Positions 13,785 to 28,160 of a stretch of DNA of 64,000 nt are shown in pieces. A program made the position numbers and the translations under genes. The DNA is from Octopus vulgaris (Eukaryota). Position 1 is the first letter of the stretch, and each line of letters starts with the position of its first letter. Location: the NCBI GenBank assembly GCA_951406725.2, contig OX597814.1, forward strand, positions 26,970,001-27,034,000, read 5' to 3'. The notes below the pieces were generated by a model. The model made no database searches. It worked only from the letters and a program-made list of their open reading frames with translations, and was not told the DNA's origin.

Positions 13785-14133
13785 ACCGTAAAAAGAACTA
13801 TAAAAAGCACCTTTTGAGCACTGGGTATCACAGAGACAATGATAAATGACTGAGACCTTTGGCAATATGTTGTGCTTGAGAAGGAAGATCCATGAAGCTG
13901 AGTGAAATCATAGTTGTAGCAGATACTGGTGTCATGCAACTGGCACTTATGCCAGTGTCACATAAAAGCACCCATTACACTCTGGAAGTGGTTGGCATTA
14001 GGAAGGGCATCTAGCCATAGAAATCATGCTAGATCAGACTGGAGTCTGGTGCAGCTCCTCAGCTTACCAGCTCTGGTCAAACTGTCCAATTCATGCCAGC
14101 ATGGACAGCAGACATTAGATGATGATGATGATA
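13785..14133 (+). mobile_element. RTE-family 3'UTR fragment with (GAT)n tail
   Basis: gaccttt...tgtgcttgagaag...aaaagcacccattacactctggaagtggttggcattaggaagggcatc...catgccagcatggacagcagacattagatgatg. Confidence 0.75.
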
Positions 14134-14509
14134 TGTGTGTGTGTATGTATGTATATATGCATGTGAGTAAAGATATATATATATATATACATATTAATTT
14201 ACTCATCCAATTTGTGTTCGTTGTGTTGTTTTAAATGTCATTTGTGTGGTAATTGTCCTGAGAAATCATCTCATTTAGACTTCAAGTGCTATATAGCAGA
14301 TGAAATTTCATCAGAACCAATGGATGGGACCGTTGTATCATGTGATTTCAGTGTAACTTGCATTTTCTCAGCAGCAGACACCCTACTATCAAATACCAGA
14401 TCAAAAATTCCATCACTCTAATATGGTTTAACACTGACTAAGCAGTCTGTGACATTGCAAAACTCTCATATACTGTGTATAAATAAGCTGTGTGTGTGTG
14501 TGCGCATGC

Positions 14510-14540
<31 letters not shown>

Positions 14541-14544
14541 TATA

Positions 14545-14785
14545 TCGCAATCGTGCAAGATACTGGTGTCATGTAAATGGCACCTGTGCTGGTGGCAAGT
14601 AAAAGCACCCATTACACTCTGAGAATGGTTGGTGTTAGGAAGAGCATCCAGCCATAGAAAACCATGCCAAATCAGACTGTAGTCTGGTGCAGCCTTCCAA
14701 CATGCCAGCTCCAGTCAAGCCATCCAACCCATGCCAGCATGGACAATGGACATTAAAGGATGATGATGATGATGATGATGATGAT
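14545..14785 (+). mobile_element. RTE-family 3'UTR fragment with (GAT)n tail
   Basis: Second nearby copy (gatactggtgtcatg...aaaagcacccattacactctg...ccatgccagcatggacaatggacattaaag(gat)n), flanked by TA/CA microsatellites. Confidence 0.75.
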
Positions 14786-15699
14786 ATACACACAAAAATA
14801 CACACACACACATATATATATATATATATTGTTTGATGCATCAATAATTAATATTTGAGAAATATACTTTGTTTTTATACTCTGAGGCAAAAAATAATTT
14901 TCCAGTTTCTTTTCTATAAATAGATTAAGAAGCAGATTTAATTTTCTATTGTCTGAAAACAAAACAAAAACAAACAAAAGAGAAAAAATTTTTAAAAAGT
15001 ACTGAATATATCTGATTTTTTGTTGGTCTTTTTTTTTTCAAAGTAATAGTAATCAATATACAGAATATATATTCTGTGGTACTCCAGCTGAACTGCAATC
15101 AGAATGGTTTAAATCAATTAAACAATGAAGTAATGATAAAAAAATAGACCTGAAGAAATTTGTAAATGTTTTAATGAAAATAAATCAATCTATTCTTTCC
15201 TTCTTTACCAATAAAAATAGAATTGAAAAAATATAAGAAACACTTTTATTTCATTATTTTTACTAAAAGCTTTCAAATGCCTCAAAGTTCTAGTGGTGAT
15301 GTGTTGCAACTTGGAGTACTGGGTTGCATATGAACATCCTTGATTTAACCCAAAATGCAACCAGCTAATTGGTTGATAAAAATACTTGTTCTATAACTAC
15401 CACAAGTAAATTGTATGACCCAATCACTGACACACCTGTCTCTGTAATTCATATCTTGCTTACTGTGTCCTAGAGCCTAAGTGCTGTTCCAACCATTTCA
15501 ACCTGACCTTTCTCCACAGAATGCCAACTTACTGGAATCCTGTCCTACATGAGTTTTTTCTCACTGAAATCAAAATATAAACAAATGATATGTATTAAGC
15601 TGACCGGTCTTGAAGGCCTGTAAATAAAATGGGCACTGTCCTTTCTCCAAACTAATCCATATGAGAATATGTCAGCAAGATTACATTCTGAAAGTCATT

Positions 15700-17500
15700 A
15701 CATTCTATCACTCTCCTAACTCTCTCTCTCTCTCTCTCTCTCTCACGAATCCCCAGACACTACTTTTCACTTTCACTCCTATTAGCTCCTTCCCTAACTC
15801 TGTTGCTACTAATCTCTCCCCTACCACTCTCTCACAACTATGAATCTATGTAACTCCTATAAGAACTCTCTTAGGACCAAACAGCCCATGCTAACATGGC
15901 ATATGAACTGGCTCACCCCATAACTAGGTCCATCTACTCAACCAATCCTATTACCAATACCATTTGTCTCTTTCTCCTTCACACTAATTTCTGAAATTAC
16001 TCTCTTCTCTTTCTATTATTCCCACTGCAACACTATTCTCTCTCTTAATCTCTGTATTTCTCTGTATTACTATCCTTTCACAGTAAACCTGTTCCATCCA
16101 TCAAGGAGGCTCTCTTTTACTTTGCAAGCTTGAAGGTGGCTTCAACAATGTTGGTTCTACAAAAAACACTCAGTACACATTGTGATCGATAATTGATTCA
16201 AGTAATGGGCTTTTTAATCTTACTGATGGTAAAGCAACTTCTATTAGGCACCCAGTATACCATTTATAGTGACTCATGTTAGGAAGGGCATCTGGCCATA
16301 GAAATTATACTAAAAATGAGACAATGGAGCAAAACGTAATCTTCTAAATTACTAGCTCCTGTCAAATCATCCTGTGCATGCCAACATAAAAGATAAGTAT
16401 AAATGATGATGATGAAATGTGTGTGCGTGTGTATGTAAGTGAGTGTGTGTGCATATGCATCATTTTCATTTCGTTGTTTGTTTTACTAAGTTGGTATACT
16501 TTGCAGTTTAGAACACAAAATATCTCTTCTCTGTACAGACATATACAAACATGCATGTGCATGTGCACTCATACACACACACACACACACACTCGCATGC
16601 GCACACACACTCTCACACACACACACACACACAATCATTCATATCTCTTATTTTGCCACTTGTGGTGCTCACTTGCTTGTCCACTACCATTCATCTCTCC
16701 TTCATTTCCTCATTTTCTCTCACTTTCCTCTCCTCACAGCCTCTCTGCTACCTCAACATTTTCATTTCTCAGGCCTACCTCACATGACTCTCAGAACTCA
16801 CTTTCAGTGACTGTCTCTGGATTCTTGCTACCCTCATCTGTTTTCTCTCTTTCATGTTTGCTTTCCCTCACACCTTCCATCCATACTCACCCTTACAATG
16901 TAGAATAGCCCTGGACCTTTTCTACACAATCCACCTCATGCTTACCACTCTGTGTTTCATTAAACACTAACACTAACTTCTTCCTTCCATACTTCCTACC
17001 CCAATAGTGATGCCTCTGTTACTCTCTCAACTACTAAACTCTCACAACTACAATGCTGTCCCTCTCATCATACTTCTCTCTCTCTCTCTTTCTCTCTCCC
17101 GCTTTCTTCTCTCGCTTCCTCTCATCACCTTGCCTAAAATCATCACACTCTCACCTATTCTCCCTCAGTTATAAAGGCTCACTCATGCTTGCTAAAAGAG
17201 TTACTCCATAAAGCAATCCATGGATGTATGAGTGTTTCTGTGTTAGCTCACATCAGTTCTTCTCAAAAGATCATAAGTTACCTACAGTGATATTGTTATA
17301 TTTTGTCAACAAGTCTTCCATTGGGTTTGCACCTTTAAGAATGGAGAGGAAAAGAAGAGATTATTAATTTGAAAAAAACAAAAAAAAACAAGAAAAGATG
17401 AGCGACTGGAAGAACATCCATCTGTAAAACAATGCTTCAATAATATATTTGCCTAACTCATACTACCATGAACAATAGGTATAAAAATTAATAGAAAATG
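15700..17500 (+). mobile_element. Old CT-rich non-autonomous elements ending in RTE-like tails (at least two copies)
   Basis: Pyrimidine-biased bodies end in ggaagggcatctggccatagaaa...catgccaacat...gatgatgat (~16270-16415) and ggaagaacatccatctgtaaaac...ccatg (~17405-17475). Related pieces lie at ~19960-20330 (+) and ~34925-35950 (-). Confidence 0.45.
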
Positions 17501-18009
17501 AATGTTAAAGGAATTAACAAATGACAACAAAATATTTTTCTCAAGACAAATCTTATTTATCAAATAGACATTCTAATAGAATTATTACATACACCAGCAC
17601 ATTATAACTCTTTATGTACATACTGTCTTCAAGCTACTTTAAGTTTCTTGTTACTATATTTAACATTTTTGAGCATGTGTGTGTGAGTGTGTGTGTACAA
17701 ATCAATATGCCTTAGGGAATTACATATACCTCACATCTATTCTTAATTAATTAGCAATAATGATTTTGACTTCTAATTAGCCATAATTTCTGTAGGGTGA
17801 ATTTAATTTTGACAACTGACACTTCCAAGACTAGCTTTAATTTTGCTTTCTTTGAATAGGTGTGCATGAATGCGGGCTTTTGTGTGTGTCTATGTGTGTG
17901 TGTGTGTGCATGCATGTGTGTGTGTGTGCATGCGTGTGTGTGTGTGTGTGTGCATGCGTGCGTGTGTGTGTCTGTGTGTAATATAGTATGTGTCTATATT
18001 TCTGTCTGA

Positions 18010-18780
18010 AAGTACACCACTTGAGTTGTGCCAAGATATATTTTGGTTTTGCATTCTCTTTGCCCATCCAACTTGATTACATTCAAACCTGTTATCATAA
18101 CATTACTAACCAACAAGAAAGCTGCATTTAAAGTGACATTTGCTATGATGAGGATAAATGCATATTATCATCAAACCAGTAGCAAATATATGATATTGAT
18201 AATGATCATCCCAATGCCCACTTTCACTGAATGGTGTTTGTATTCCACCTCCTCAATAACAGCAATAACAAAAAACGAAAAAATGAAGCAGATCATTTTC
18301 ATCAAACAGAAACTAATTTTGTGGAGTGGTTTATTAACTGTATTTTCTAATATTGTCCCATTCAGTATGTCCTTTTTTTTCCCCAAGTATTTGTATACAC
18401 CAGTACTGCCCACCTACATTAAACTTTTATGGAAACTGAGCAGGCCTAGTGCTAAATGACAACAGTAACAAACCGCTGTGCATTGTTTTACTTCTTGCAA
18501 CATTACAAAATGTAAAGTCACAGTGAAGATCCCTTGAATTACAAATTTCTCCTCAGTAACAACCTCTAAACAGTTACTCAACTTCATAGAAATATCATCA
18601 AAATTTTCCTTGAATCCTATCCTACTACCTTTTCTATAAATGTATGGCAGGTTTCTCCCAAATTCACTTACAAGGTATTGGTTAACTTGGGCTTTCACTA
18701 GAAGACATTCACCACACTATGGGACAGAACCAATATCCTTTTCTTATTTTGTCAAATAGGACAGACTTGAAAAACATCAG
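18010..18780 (+). pseudogene. Highly decayed coding relic, possibly Penelope-type reverse transcriptase
   Basis: With frameshifts it reads ..PTYI.L(F)..LVLNDNSNKPL.. and ..QLLNFIEISSKFSLNPILLPFL.., reminiscent of the PLE APTYANLFM..KPL and LPFLD motifs. No YxDD is recognisable. Confidence 0.3.
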
Positions 18781-18781
18781 T

Positions 18782-18817
<36 letters not shown>

Positions 18818-19163
18818 CTCCTCCTCTCTCTCTCTTTCTCTTTCTCTCCTTCCCTCACTCTCTCACACATGCATATGCATGCATCCACACACACTATCTC
18901 TCTTTCCCGTCTCTTTCTCTCCTTCTCTTCCTCTCTAACAGTTTCTACTCTTCTCTTTAAGAATGTATATTTAATTCCACATCTCTTTATTTCTTGCTAC
19001 ATTCCATATTTCACCCCTTCTCTGCTCTTCACAGATTCCTCATTTGCCATTTCTCATCACATACACAATTTCATAATATATTATGCATCCTTATTCTTCA
19101 TCAGTTTGAGAGTGAGAAAAAAATATCATTTGTGATACATACATATTTATATGTGCGTATGTG

Positions 19164-19197
<34 letters not shown>

Positions 19198-22133
19198 TAA
19201 ATATACATATATATATATATTTATATATATATATATCATCATCATCATCATCATCATCGTTTAGCGTCTGTTATAGTCACAGTTATTTTGTTTTGTCTTG
19301 TTGTTTTTTTACTAATTTAATATTCAGTCTTTCAAAAATATGGATTGTTACTATTGTTTGACAAAAAGAAAAGGTAAAAATATTCTTTTATTCTGATTTT
19401 CATGACATTTCAGTTCTTAAAAATTCATCTTTAATTCGGCTATCTTGTGAACTAACATTTGAATTTCATAATGTACTTTTACTATCATTTGCTTAATGGA
19501 AAATTTAATATAATTTTAACCCAAATTCTTTGCAATAAAATGTCAAACTTTTGACACATTCAGTATAGAATGGAACTACATCAAAAGATATAGACACATT
19601 TAAGTAAGGAAAGCAATGTGTGGTAAAATAAAATTCACTACAGTAAAATTATATGACAAGTTGTTATAGACATATTGAAGTTTGGCATCAGTAATCCCAA
19701 CCTCTGTGAGTAGATAAAATTATATTGTCGTTAAATATGGATGTCTTATCGGTATAGTGTACATTTTCACTGTCAAAAACACAGGCAAGAAATCAAATTT
19801 TAAGTTGGCAGTAAAGAAAAAAATTATTATATAATATAATTCTATATTATGCTGTATGTTAAATTGTTTTTAAATGAAATAAGAGAAGAAATGTTATAAA
19901 TAGTGACTAGAGATGGCATTACACTTTATGCACATTTTGCAAATCCCCACCATTTACACACTGAGTTTCTCTGTCCCTACTCACCTTGTACCTTGAGGCG
20001 CCATCTGAACAGCTCATCACCACTATCTCTTCACAGCTACTACTGATTCATTCTCACTCACTGCTAAATGTGAGTAGCCATGTAGCTCCTCTACAAGAAC
20101 CTGTTCTACCACAACCCTTTCTCTCATACCTTAACCCTTATTTTCCAGCTAAAAGGTCCACCACCCTTGGGTTTCATAGCTTTACAAGCTACATGACAAC
20201 CTCATTTGTAACAGCTGCATGAGAAAATCAACCAGTACACACTGTAAAAGAGCTGGTACTAGGAAGGGCATCCAGCTGTAGAAATCATGCCAAAGTAGAC
20301 ACTGAATCACAATGCAGTCTTTCATTTGATTATTCCACAAATTCAAATTTGAGTTCAGTCTTGGCAATACAGATGATTTTCTGGTTTCTTTAATATTAAG
20401 TAAACTGGCAATAAAACTTATCTACCTATAATAGTTTACTCATGGTACTTATAGTGTTAGTTGATAAATTGAGTCTCATAAAGCTTAAAATCTTCTCCAG
20501 TTACATAATATCATCCAAGGAAAGTGACTACACCATAGTTCCTTGACCAAGTAGAAATAGCAACTAAATCTTTATAACTGTCTTGAAAATGAACACATTA
20601 GAGTAATTAATCTCATATACACTAAGTCTAAAAAATATTAAAAATAGTTGGAACATCTTTGGTCATAGGTCTGATTGATCAGGGCTGACTTGGAGATAAG
20701 CAATAACTGTTCTACAGTATAAATTTTAACTTCTATTTAAAAAAGTCAATAATAAAACCACTACATGGTTGTTCAACTTACTGGAATTAGAAGTTTAGTT
20801 TCCCTTAAATCACAGCCTATTATATTTATAAAAGAAGAGAATGGATAATTATGTTCCAATGTACAAATCCAAATCCTGACATCTAATTCACATATCCCTT
20901 AATTCCCATTGCAGTGTAAAATAAACTACAAGTATACTTTAGAAATGATTCCAAAAAATTTGAGATATATTTGATATTTTCCTTCAATTTTTCTGTGTAT
21001 TTTCAATATTTTTTTTACTTAGAAGAACTGACTAAAAAGAAGTAGCAAGGTATTTTCAATAGGAGCCAAGATTCTACATTCATTATCTACTTACCCGATT
21101 AATTTAGTTAATAGTTTAACATGTTACCACAAATTCTCCTATAGATAAGCTTAATCTGTTACTGTAAGTTTATAATTAAGCACTTTTGATAATGTATTGA
21201 AATATGAGAATAGATGTGAGATTTCAAATCATTTGGGATGGGATACACACATTCTCACACTGTAGGTTCCCATAAAATTTATTCTTAATCATTATAGACA
21301 GTAATGCAATCATTGGTGAATATAGCAAAACATTTTTTCCCATACATGGATTCATAATGCCTCCATGCACCAACAATTCATCGTCAGTTCACAGACAAGG
21401 CGTTAGATTTATCTATATGTCAATGTAATCAATATAAGCCAATTAAATGGACAAGTAAATGCACTGTTGACCTTTCTCATGTACCTTGTTATGGTAGTAG
21501 CCCCCTTTTGAGCTGTTCCACAAAAATAAATTACTGGTGACTGACAGAAATATCATTTTAAAGTTGTTAATAGAAAAGCAAAGAGTGTAACATGTCAGAT
21601 AATGGTTAGCACTTTGCTTTTCTTCAAATTTAACTTATATAACTTTTCATGATTCAGTTAGTGTAAGTAACAGTATCTATAGACTGTGTGTATGTGTAAT
21701 TGTGTGCATATAAGTGTGCATGTTTATCCATGAGAGTTCTCATCTGTTAATATTATAGCTTGTCTACCTCCTTGCTCTTTTTTACATTTGTTTTAAATAA
21801 AATTCCATGTTGGTGTTAGTCCTTATACATATTCACATACATATGTATATATACATATGCATACATACGTATATAAAGATACAGATATATCCAAAGATAT
21901 ACCCACACATATCTGTGTATGTGTGTGAAAAATATGAATGCAGATTCATCTATACCCTTGTGTTCATACATGAATATGTGATTCTCAGAATAAGAAGTTC
22001 ATACTAATTAGATTTATTCAAAGACCACGGAAGCTAGACTGAAAGGTCAGAAATATGAAGTTACTATAATTTATTCTATTCATACCTCTTGCTCTTTCCT
22101 CAGTACTTTGTAACCCTATGTAAAATATAGTCT

Positions 22134-22179
<46 letters not shown>

Positions 22180-22935
22180 CCTCCCTCCCTCTCTCTCTCT
22201 CTCTCTCTTTCTCCTTCCCTCCCTCCCTCCCTCTCTCTCTCTCTCTCATACATACATACATTCATACATGTCCCAAAATATGTCGGAAGAAGAAAGTTTT
22301 ATATAAATCCTCAACAAATAATGATTTAACAATATTTTTTTATCTACATTTATTATTTTCTCATGTCTTCAGAAGATAAATTTAGAATAACTTTATGCAG
22401 CAACAAATCAAATATACAAGAAAAGTTTTTTAAATCATCCTTCAACTAAATCTTCAATTTTCGATTTCTTTTTATTCTTTTTTACTAGTTTCAGTCACTG
22501 GAATGTGGCCTTAAATTTAAGGCTTTAAGAGTTTTTAGTCAATCGCATCAATACAAGTACTTATTTCAGTCTGGTGCTTAATTTATTGACGTCTATTTGC
22601 CAATGCACTGGGTTACAGGATACAAAGGACACAGCATAAACAACACTACTCATTAAAACCAGTGTAAACTAAAACAGACATGGACCAGACACAAACACAT
22701 GCACACGTTTGTGTGTGTGTATTCTACCTCTTTGATAAAGAGTCTCACCTGAAATGTTATATTCTCGTCTGATTCTGTTATATATTATTCATCCTGCAAT
22801 ATGTCTTTATTTTTTTTCCGTTTTATATGTCTAAGTCTTTTCAAGAACAAGCATTGGCTTGCCTTACTTGTTTGTTAGTTTGCCTCTTTGCCCAGTAATT
22901 GTACTCTTGTTATTTATATATGTTCTCTCTCTCTT

Positions 22936-23093
22936 GGCATGGCTGTGTGGTAAGAAGTTTGCTTCCCCACCACATGGTTCCACGTTCAGTCCTGCTGCAT
23001 AGCATCTTGGGTAAAACGTCTTCTACTATAGCCTTGGGCCAAACAATGCCTTGTGAGTGGATCTGGTGCATGGAAACTGAAAGCTCATTGTTC

Positions 23094-23126
<33 letters not shown>

Positions 23127-23355
23127 TGTGAGTGTGTGTGTGTATCTATGTTTGTGCCCCACCACTGCTTGATAACTGGTGTTGGTATGTTTATGTCCCC
23201 CATAATTTCACAGTGGTTCAGCAAAAGAGAATGAGAGAATAAATACCAGGATTAAAAAATGATAAATACTGGGATCAATTTACTCAACTAAAATTCTTCA
23301 GTGTAGTGCCCCAGCATGGCCACAGTCTAATGACTGAAACAAGTAAAAGAAAAAA
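22936..23355 (+). mobile_element. tRNA-derived SINE (head family 1, tail A)
   Basis: ggcatggctgtgtggtaagaagtttgcttccc...cgttcagtcc, a (GA)n(TG)n hinge, and tail ccccagcatggccacagtctaatgactgaaacaagtaaaag. Confidence 0.85.
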
Positions 23356-23494
23356 GATATATTTATATATATATATGTATTTGTCATTCAGAATGGTATT
23401 GGAAGATTGATGTTAAAAGGTGACGATCATATTGATGTGCATATGTATGTACATACACATACGTGCATGCATGTGTGTGTGCATACACACACTT

Positions 23495-23640
23495 CGCCAT
23501 AGTTATCTGCCAAATTACACCTAAAAAACACTGGTCAACTTCAAGCTGTTGTGGAAGACACTTGCTTAAACTCTCATTGAATTGAACCTGGGACCATGTT
23601 ATTGTGAAGCAACCTTCTTAACCACATGGCTCTGCTTGTG
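23495..23640 (-). mobile_element. Head-family-1 SINE, inverted relative to the 22936 copy
   Basis: gaagacacttgc...ttgaacctgggaccatg...gaagcaaccttcttaaccacatggc is the reverse complement of the SINE head. Confidence 0.7.
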
Positions 23641-26224
23641 CTTATAAATGTCAATAGGAAAAAGAATGATCATTATTTTAAGATATATTTTTCATGCTGG
23701 TGTGTATTAGATAAGCTTTCAATAGGGTAACTTGCCACATATTTCAGTTTTCTTTTATCTTATCCACAAAGCCTAATATTTTCACATCTGACTTAACTGA
23801 TTTCTATCAACATTTTTCATATTTCTGCCTCCACTGCACTGATACAACTAACTACCATCAATTTATCATGCTTTTTGACCTAACATCTATCATTTATTGA
23901 TATTATATAACCAAACCAACATAAGCCAATTTTATGTATATATGGTTTCAGTATTTTTTATTTTATTTTTTCATATCATAAAATGGAGAACAATAGTGTT
24001 CTTGGCTACAGGCTTTCAATTGACCAGTCACTGATTCACTGCATTTCTGATTGTAAACTCAGTGTAAATGAATATTACAGGCAATGGGATTTTAATCATA
24101 ATACACCAGTTACAGATTTCTTTAGAATATGTACAAAAGGTAAATGAGGTTGATAAGATATATTGACTACAATATATTACTTCTACTTATATTCTCAATT
24201 CTAAAAGTCACAAAAGATAAATGATAAATTGAGCCTCAGTAAGATTTGAGCTCAGAGCTTTGAGATACTATACAAAAAACTACAAATTATTTATTCTAAT
24301 GCTCAACCAGTTCTGAAAATCCATCAATCTCAATTAATCAACTTTATAGTCTATGATGGCTTCAGATATTCAGTTAGGGATCTAACAGACTTTGCTGCTT
24401 CATCTTGTCATGTTTCATTGAGCAAATAACTTGGATCTGTTTGTCTCCTCTTTGGTTATGGTTGGCTGTTGATTTCCCCTGTGAGATGCTCTTCTGTCCT
24501 CTGACTAGTTTTATCCTGCTGGATCCTACACACCCTTCTCACTCACTAAAAAGACTAGGGTTGATAATTTAGTTGCCAACAACCCAGCTATAAAATAGGT
24601 TGCACAGGGTTACATATTACCAGCAACAGATAGAAGCTGACCTAATTTGAGCAACACATCTGAATATATAAATATGGTGTGCCTGAAAGGGCCTTTTTCA
24701 AATCTGAGCATTCTTTGATAGTTTTATATGTTCTGTCTCAGCAAGTAAAAGTATACTTGGAAGTAAATATTGTGGCTTAAATAGCTCTTCAATATTAAGC
24801 AAAAAACAAGACATTTCAATATTTCTTGATATATTTTAAGGCCTCAGCTTCTTGATAACAAAAGAAAGAAAAAAAGTCATTCAGTTTCATTAACAAATAA
24901 TAAATAATTATAGAAACAATCTTGATTAATAAATTTAGCATTAAAATATAAACAGTTAAAGCTTGAATAGATTCTACATCAAGATCTTTCCAATATGGCA
25001 CTTGATGGATCATCTTATCGCTGCTGGAAATGTTGTTGTCACTTTTCAGTTTCTTTGTCTCTTTTTTTTGATTTTTGTTTTTTTTTTGTGGTGTTTTTGT
25101 TTTAGTGTTGTTACAATTATTACTATTATATTTGTTTAGTTACTCTTTGATATTTTTTTAATTATTTTCTTCATTAAACATTTTTTTTTCTTCTTTTTAA
25201 AACACTTTTGGTTAGAGGTATGCATCTTTGCAAACAAGTGTCAACCAGTCAGTTAAATACCGGATCAAGTAGCAGTTATGAGTAGCAGTCAAAATCTTTA
25301 CAGGCGGCAGAAAATGTAGAAATAATTCTACTTGGATATACTTGACTGTTGTAGCCTGGTTACTGATTATGTCACTATCACTACATCTGTGTGTCTCTCT
25401 GTCTTTATCTCTAAATATATCTATCTTCCTTTTATCTAGCCTTCCTAGCTCTGTCGAAGAAGCAATATTTTCATAAACTTCCTCAACTGGAAAATTACCT
25501 GATAAGGAAATATATTTATAACTAATCTGACAGATTGACATTTCATTCAAGAGACGTCTTTTCTTTTACTTTCTGAGTCAATATTAGTGTGTATTATATA
25601 TTAATATGTTGTTTTGTTTGTTCATTTGTTTTGTATTTGGTGGAGGAGGTTGTGGTGAAGTATGTTTTTCTTTTAGATTTTACTTGTTCTTCATTACTTT
25701 TTATCTTTGATATTTCTTGTAAGATGGAATAAGTTAAGCTATCAGTAGTTCCTTCCTCTTTCCTTCCTATTTCAATTAAAATATAAATCTGTTTACTTTT
25801 CCTACTGTACAACATGCAAATTTGGACATTAGTTCGAAAATTGATAGTATATATATATATATATGTATATATATGAACTTCTCACAAGACTGATGCTACC
25901 TGTTTGAAAAACTTGCAGAAATAAATAGAAATTATAGAGAATAATATTCTCCATACCAACTCAATATATTTAATGCAAATATTAGGTCATTATTAAGTAA
26001 GCTAATTAAATTTAATTTTCAGTTTTGGAAATTGCCTGTGCTTCTTTTTAACTGTTTACTTTGTTTATTATGCCTTACTGTGTAAATTACCTGTTGTTCA
26101 CTTTCTTACTATCTTTACAATAAGCCATTAAAGAAAGGTACTAAACTTACAATAATTTTTAATTGAATTGTACAAGAAATGTTAAAAATATTGTTCAAAA
26201 TATTGTCTAGTGCACAGTGTTAGA

Positions 26225-27310
26225 GCCAATCATCAAAGATGAACTTCTGGTATCCACATAATGGTTTGCAAAGGAAGAGAATATTGTTTAACAAGTAGAT
26301 TGCATGAAACACCTCCTTAGCTATAGGAACGGCTGGTTTGAAATGTTTCACAAATTCAATAAGATAGCATAATACATATTGACTATTCCAAAGCATTTGA
26401 TCCAATTTCCATATGTGATTTAGTAAGGCTTTTGCTTTTAGAAATCACAAAGAAAAATTCAGAAATTGGATGAGTGCTTTCCCATACAAAGAAGCAAAAA
26501 GCTTTGATTTTAGGATAAGATTCACATATGGTGTCTAATAAGGAGACCAGTGCATTAAGAGAACATCTTTAATGTTTTTTGAAAGATATTAGCAAAGCTG
26601 ATTTGGACAGGATTTTATTGGAAGGTGGAAATTGAGCCAAGCACCAAGTGATGGTATCAATAAAAGTAAAACAGTCCAAAATTTCAATTGTATTCTGTGA
26701 ATTGCAAACTATCCATGAAAAACAGTACTTGAATATCTAGATATCACCATAAATATCAAACTATTAGGAACTGAATATTTCAAATCTATAATCAATAATA
26801 GGACTGTACAGTAGGTTGGAATGCTATGTAAAAAGCAAACAAGCTATTCATAGGAGAGAAAATAACTGCTACAAACAAAGCACACAAGTCATGCCACATG
26901 AGTCTACCTGTCTATGCTATATGAATCCTGCAGCAACCTGAGCTAAGTCAATAAAACTGTTATCAATAATCATGGCATCTGGTGTGGTTGAAGCTATTGG
27001 AACACTTACCAATTGCAACCTACATTAGTCATTTGTTTCTGCAGCTATACACTACAAAATACACACAAACCAAAGCCCATTTGAAATCCTCCAAAATATG
27101 CTATCATTGTATGGATGACAATATTCTAGGACCAAAATCTTCATGTTTGCCTATAAAATAAATCAATATCTGAAATTGAGTCCCATTTTACTAGAAAAGG
27201 CTCCCTGCATTCAACCTTAAACATCAGGAACATACTCCAAAAACTACAATTGAAATCATGTCAGAAGACAGAATAGGAATACAAATATTCCAAAGTCTGA
27301 AAATATAAAC
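26225..27310 (+). mobile_element. Decayed CR1/L2-type LINE reverse transcriptase fragments
   Basis: Remnants of (H)GF.KG.., IDYSKAFD (attgactattccaaagcatttgat at ~26378-26401) and NWMSAF; many stops and frameshifts. Confidence 0.55.
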
Positions 27311-27639
27311 TCTGCCTGGTCTTTTTTTTTGGTTGGGTATTTTATTTTTTATTTTTTTGTCCCTTACAAAAATGATCGGCTTATCCTCTCTTCAATATTC
27401 AAATATCATTGATATATGATCATATAAAATTCCTTTAATTACTGAAGTCTCTTAAAAACACCAATTCATTGAATGAGACTGCATCTGAAATCTTGAACAC
27501 AATGATTTGGGAATTTTAAACAAGAAAAATATTAAGTTTTTAGTCACAGAACTTAAAAGTTTATATTCCTCTAGATTTTCTATGGTCAAGAGAAGTGAAT
27601 CTCACATTTGAATTGTGTTTTTAATAAATAGTACCAGAA

Positions 27640-28160
27640 TGTGAACAGGATGGAGAAAGTTCAGGAAGCTAGCACCTGTGTTACCAGCAAGTAAATTCTC
27701 TCTTTGTATGAAGGGCAGCTTATATGTCATTTATATATGTCATGCAATGTTGAATGGTAGTGGACTGCAGACGCTGAATGCACAATCTGAAGAGAAATGA
27801 AGAAAGCATATTCACCTGGATGTGTAATTTTAGTGTGCATGATGAGATGAGAGATAAAGTGGGGGTAAAAGGAATCAAATGTAATCAGATGTAATGTGCA
27901 AGAGAGACAACTGTGTTGGTAAGGACATGTGATGTGTATGGAGGATGAAAAAGAAGAACTAGGAGATTCAAGTGGAACAAAACTGTAAAGGAGGAAGACC
28001 TAAGAGGGCATGGGACTGATGTAGTGAAAGCTAATCTCAGAATGTTGACCCTTACAAAAGAAAATAATAAAGAAATGCAATAAATGGTAGCATGCTATAT
28101 TGGAGTAGGCCCATCTAGTCCATACAAGCATGGAAAATGGATGTAAAATTAATGATGATT
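27640..28160 (+). mobile_element. Decayed RTE LINE 3' part (RT thumb + tail)
   Basis: Remnants RNE.S..WMC, VQER.L.W.GHVMCMED and GRPKR.W..VVK..LR, followed by caagcatggaaaatggatgtaaaattaatgatgat. Confidence 0.75.

Noticed and set aside
14285-14420. Short unique open stretch on both strands (minus: SDGIFDLVFDSRV...SAI*)
   Set aside because: It has no credible acceptor or homology and is too short to support.
19328-19373. Exon-like 46-nt segment (cag|...AAG|gtaaaa); similar candidates at 34598, 41544 and 42400
   Set aside because: They are frame-shifting, stop-containing or weak-donor in phase 1, and expected by chance in 40 kb of AT-rich DNA.
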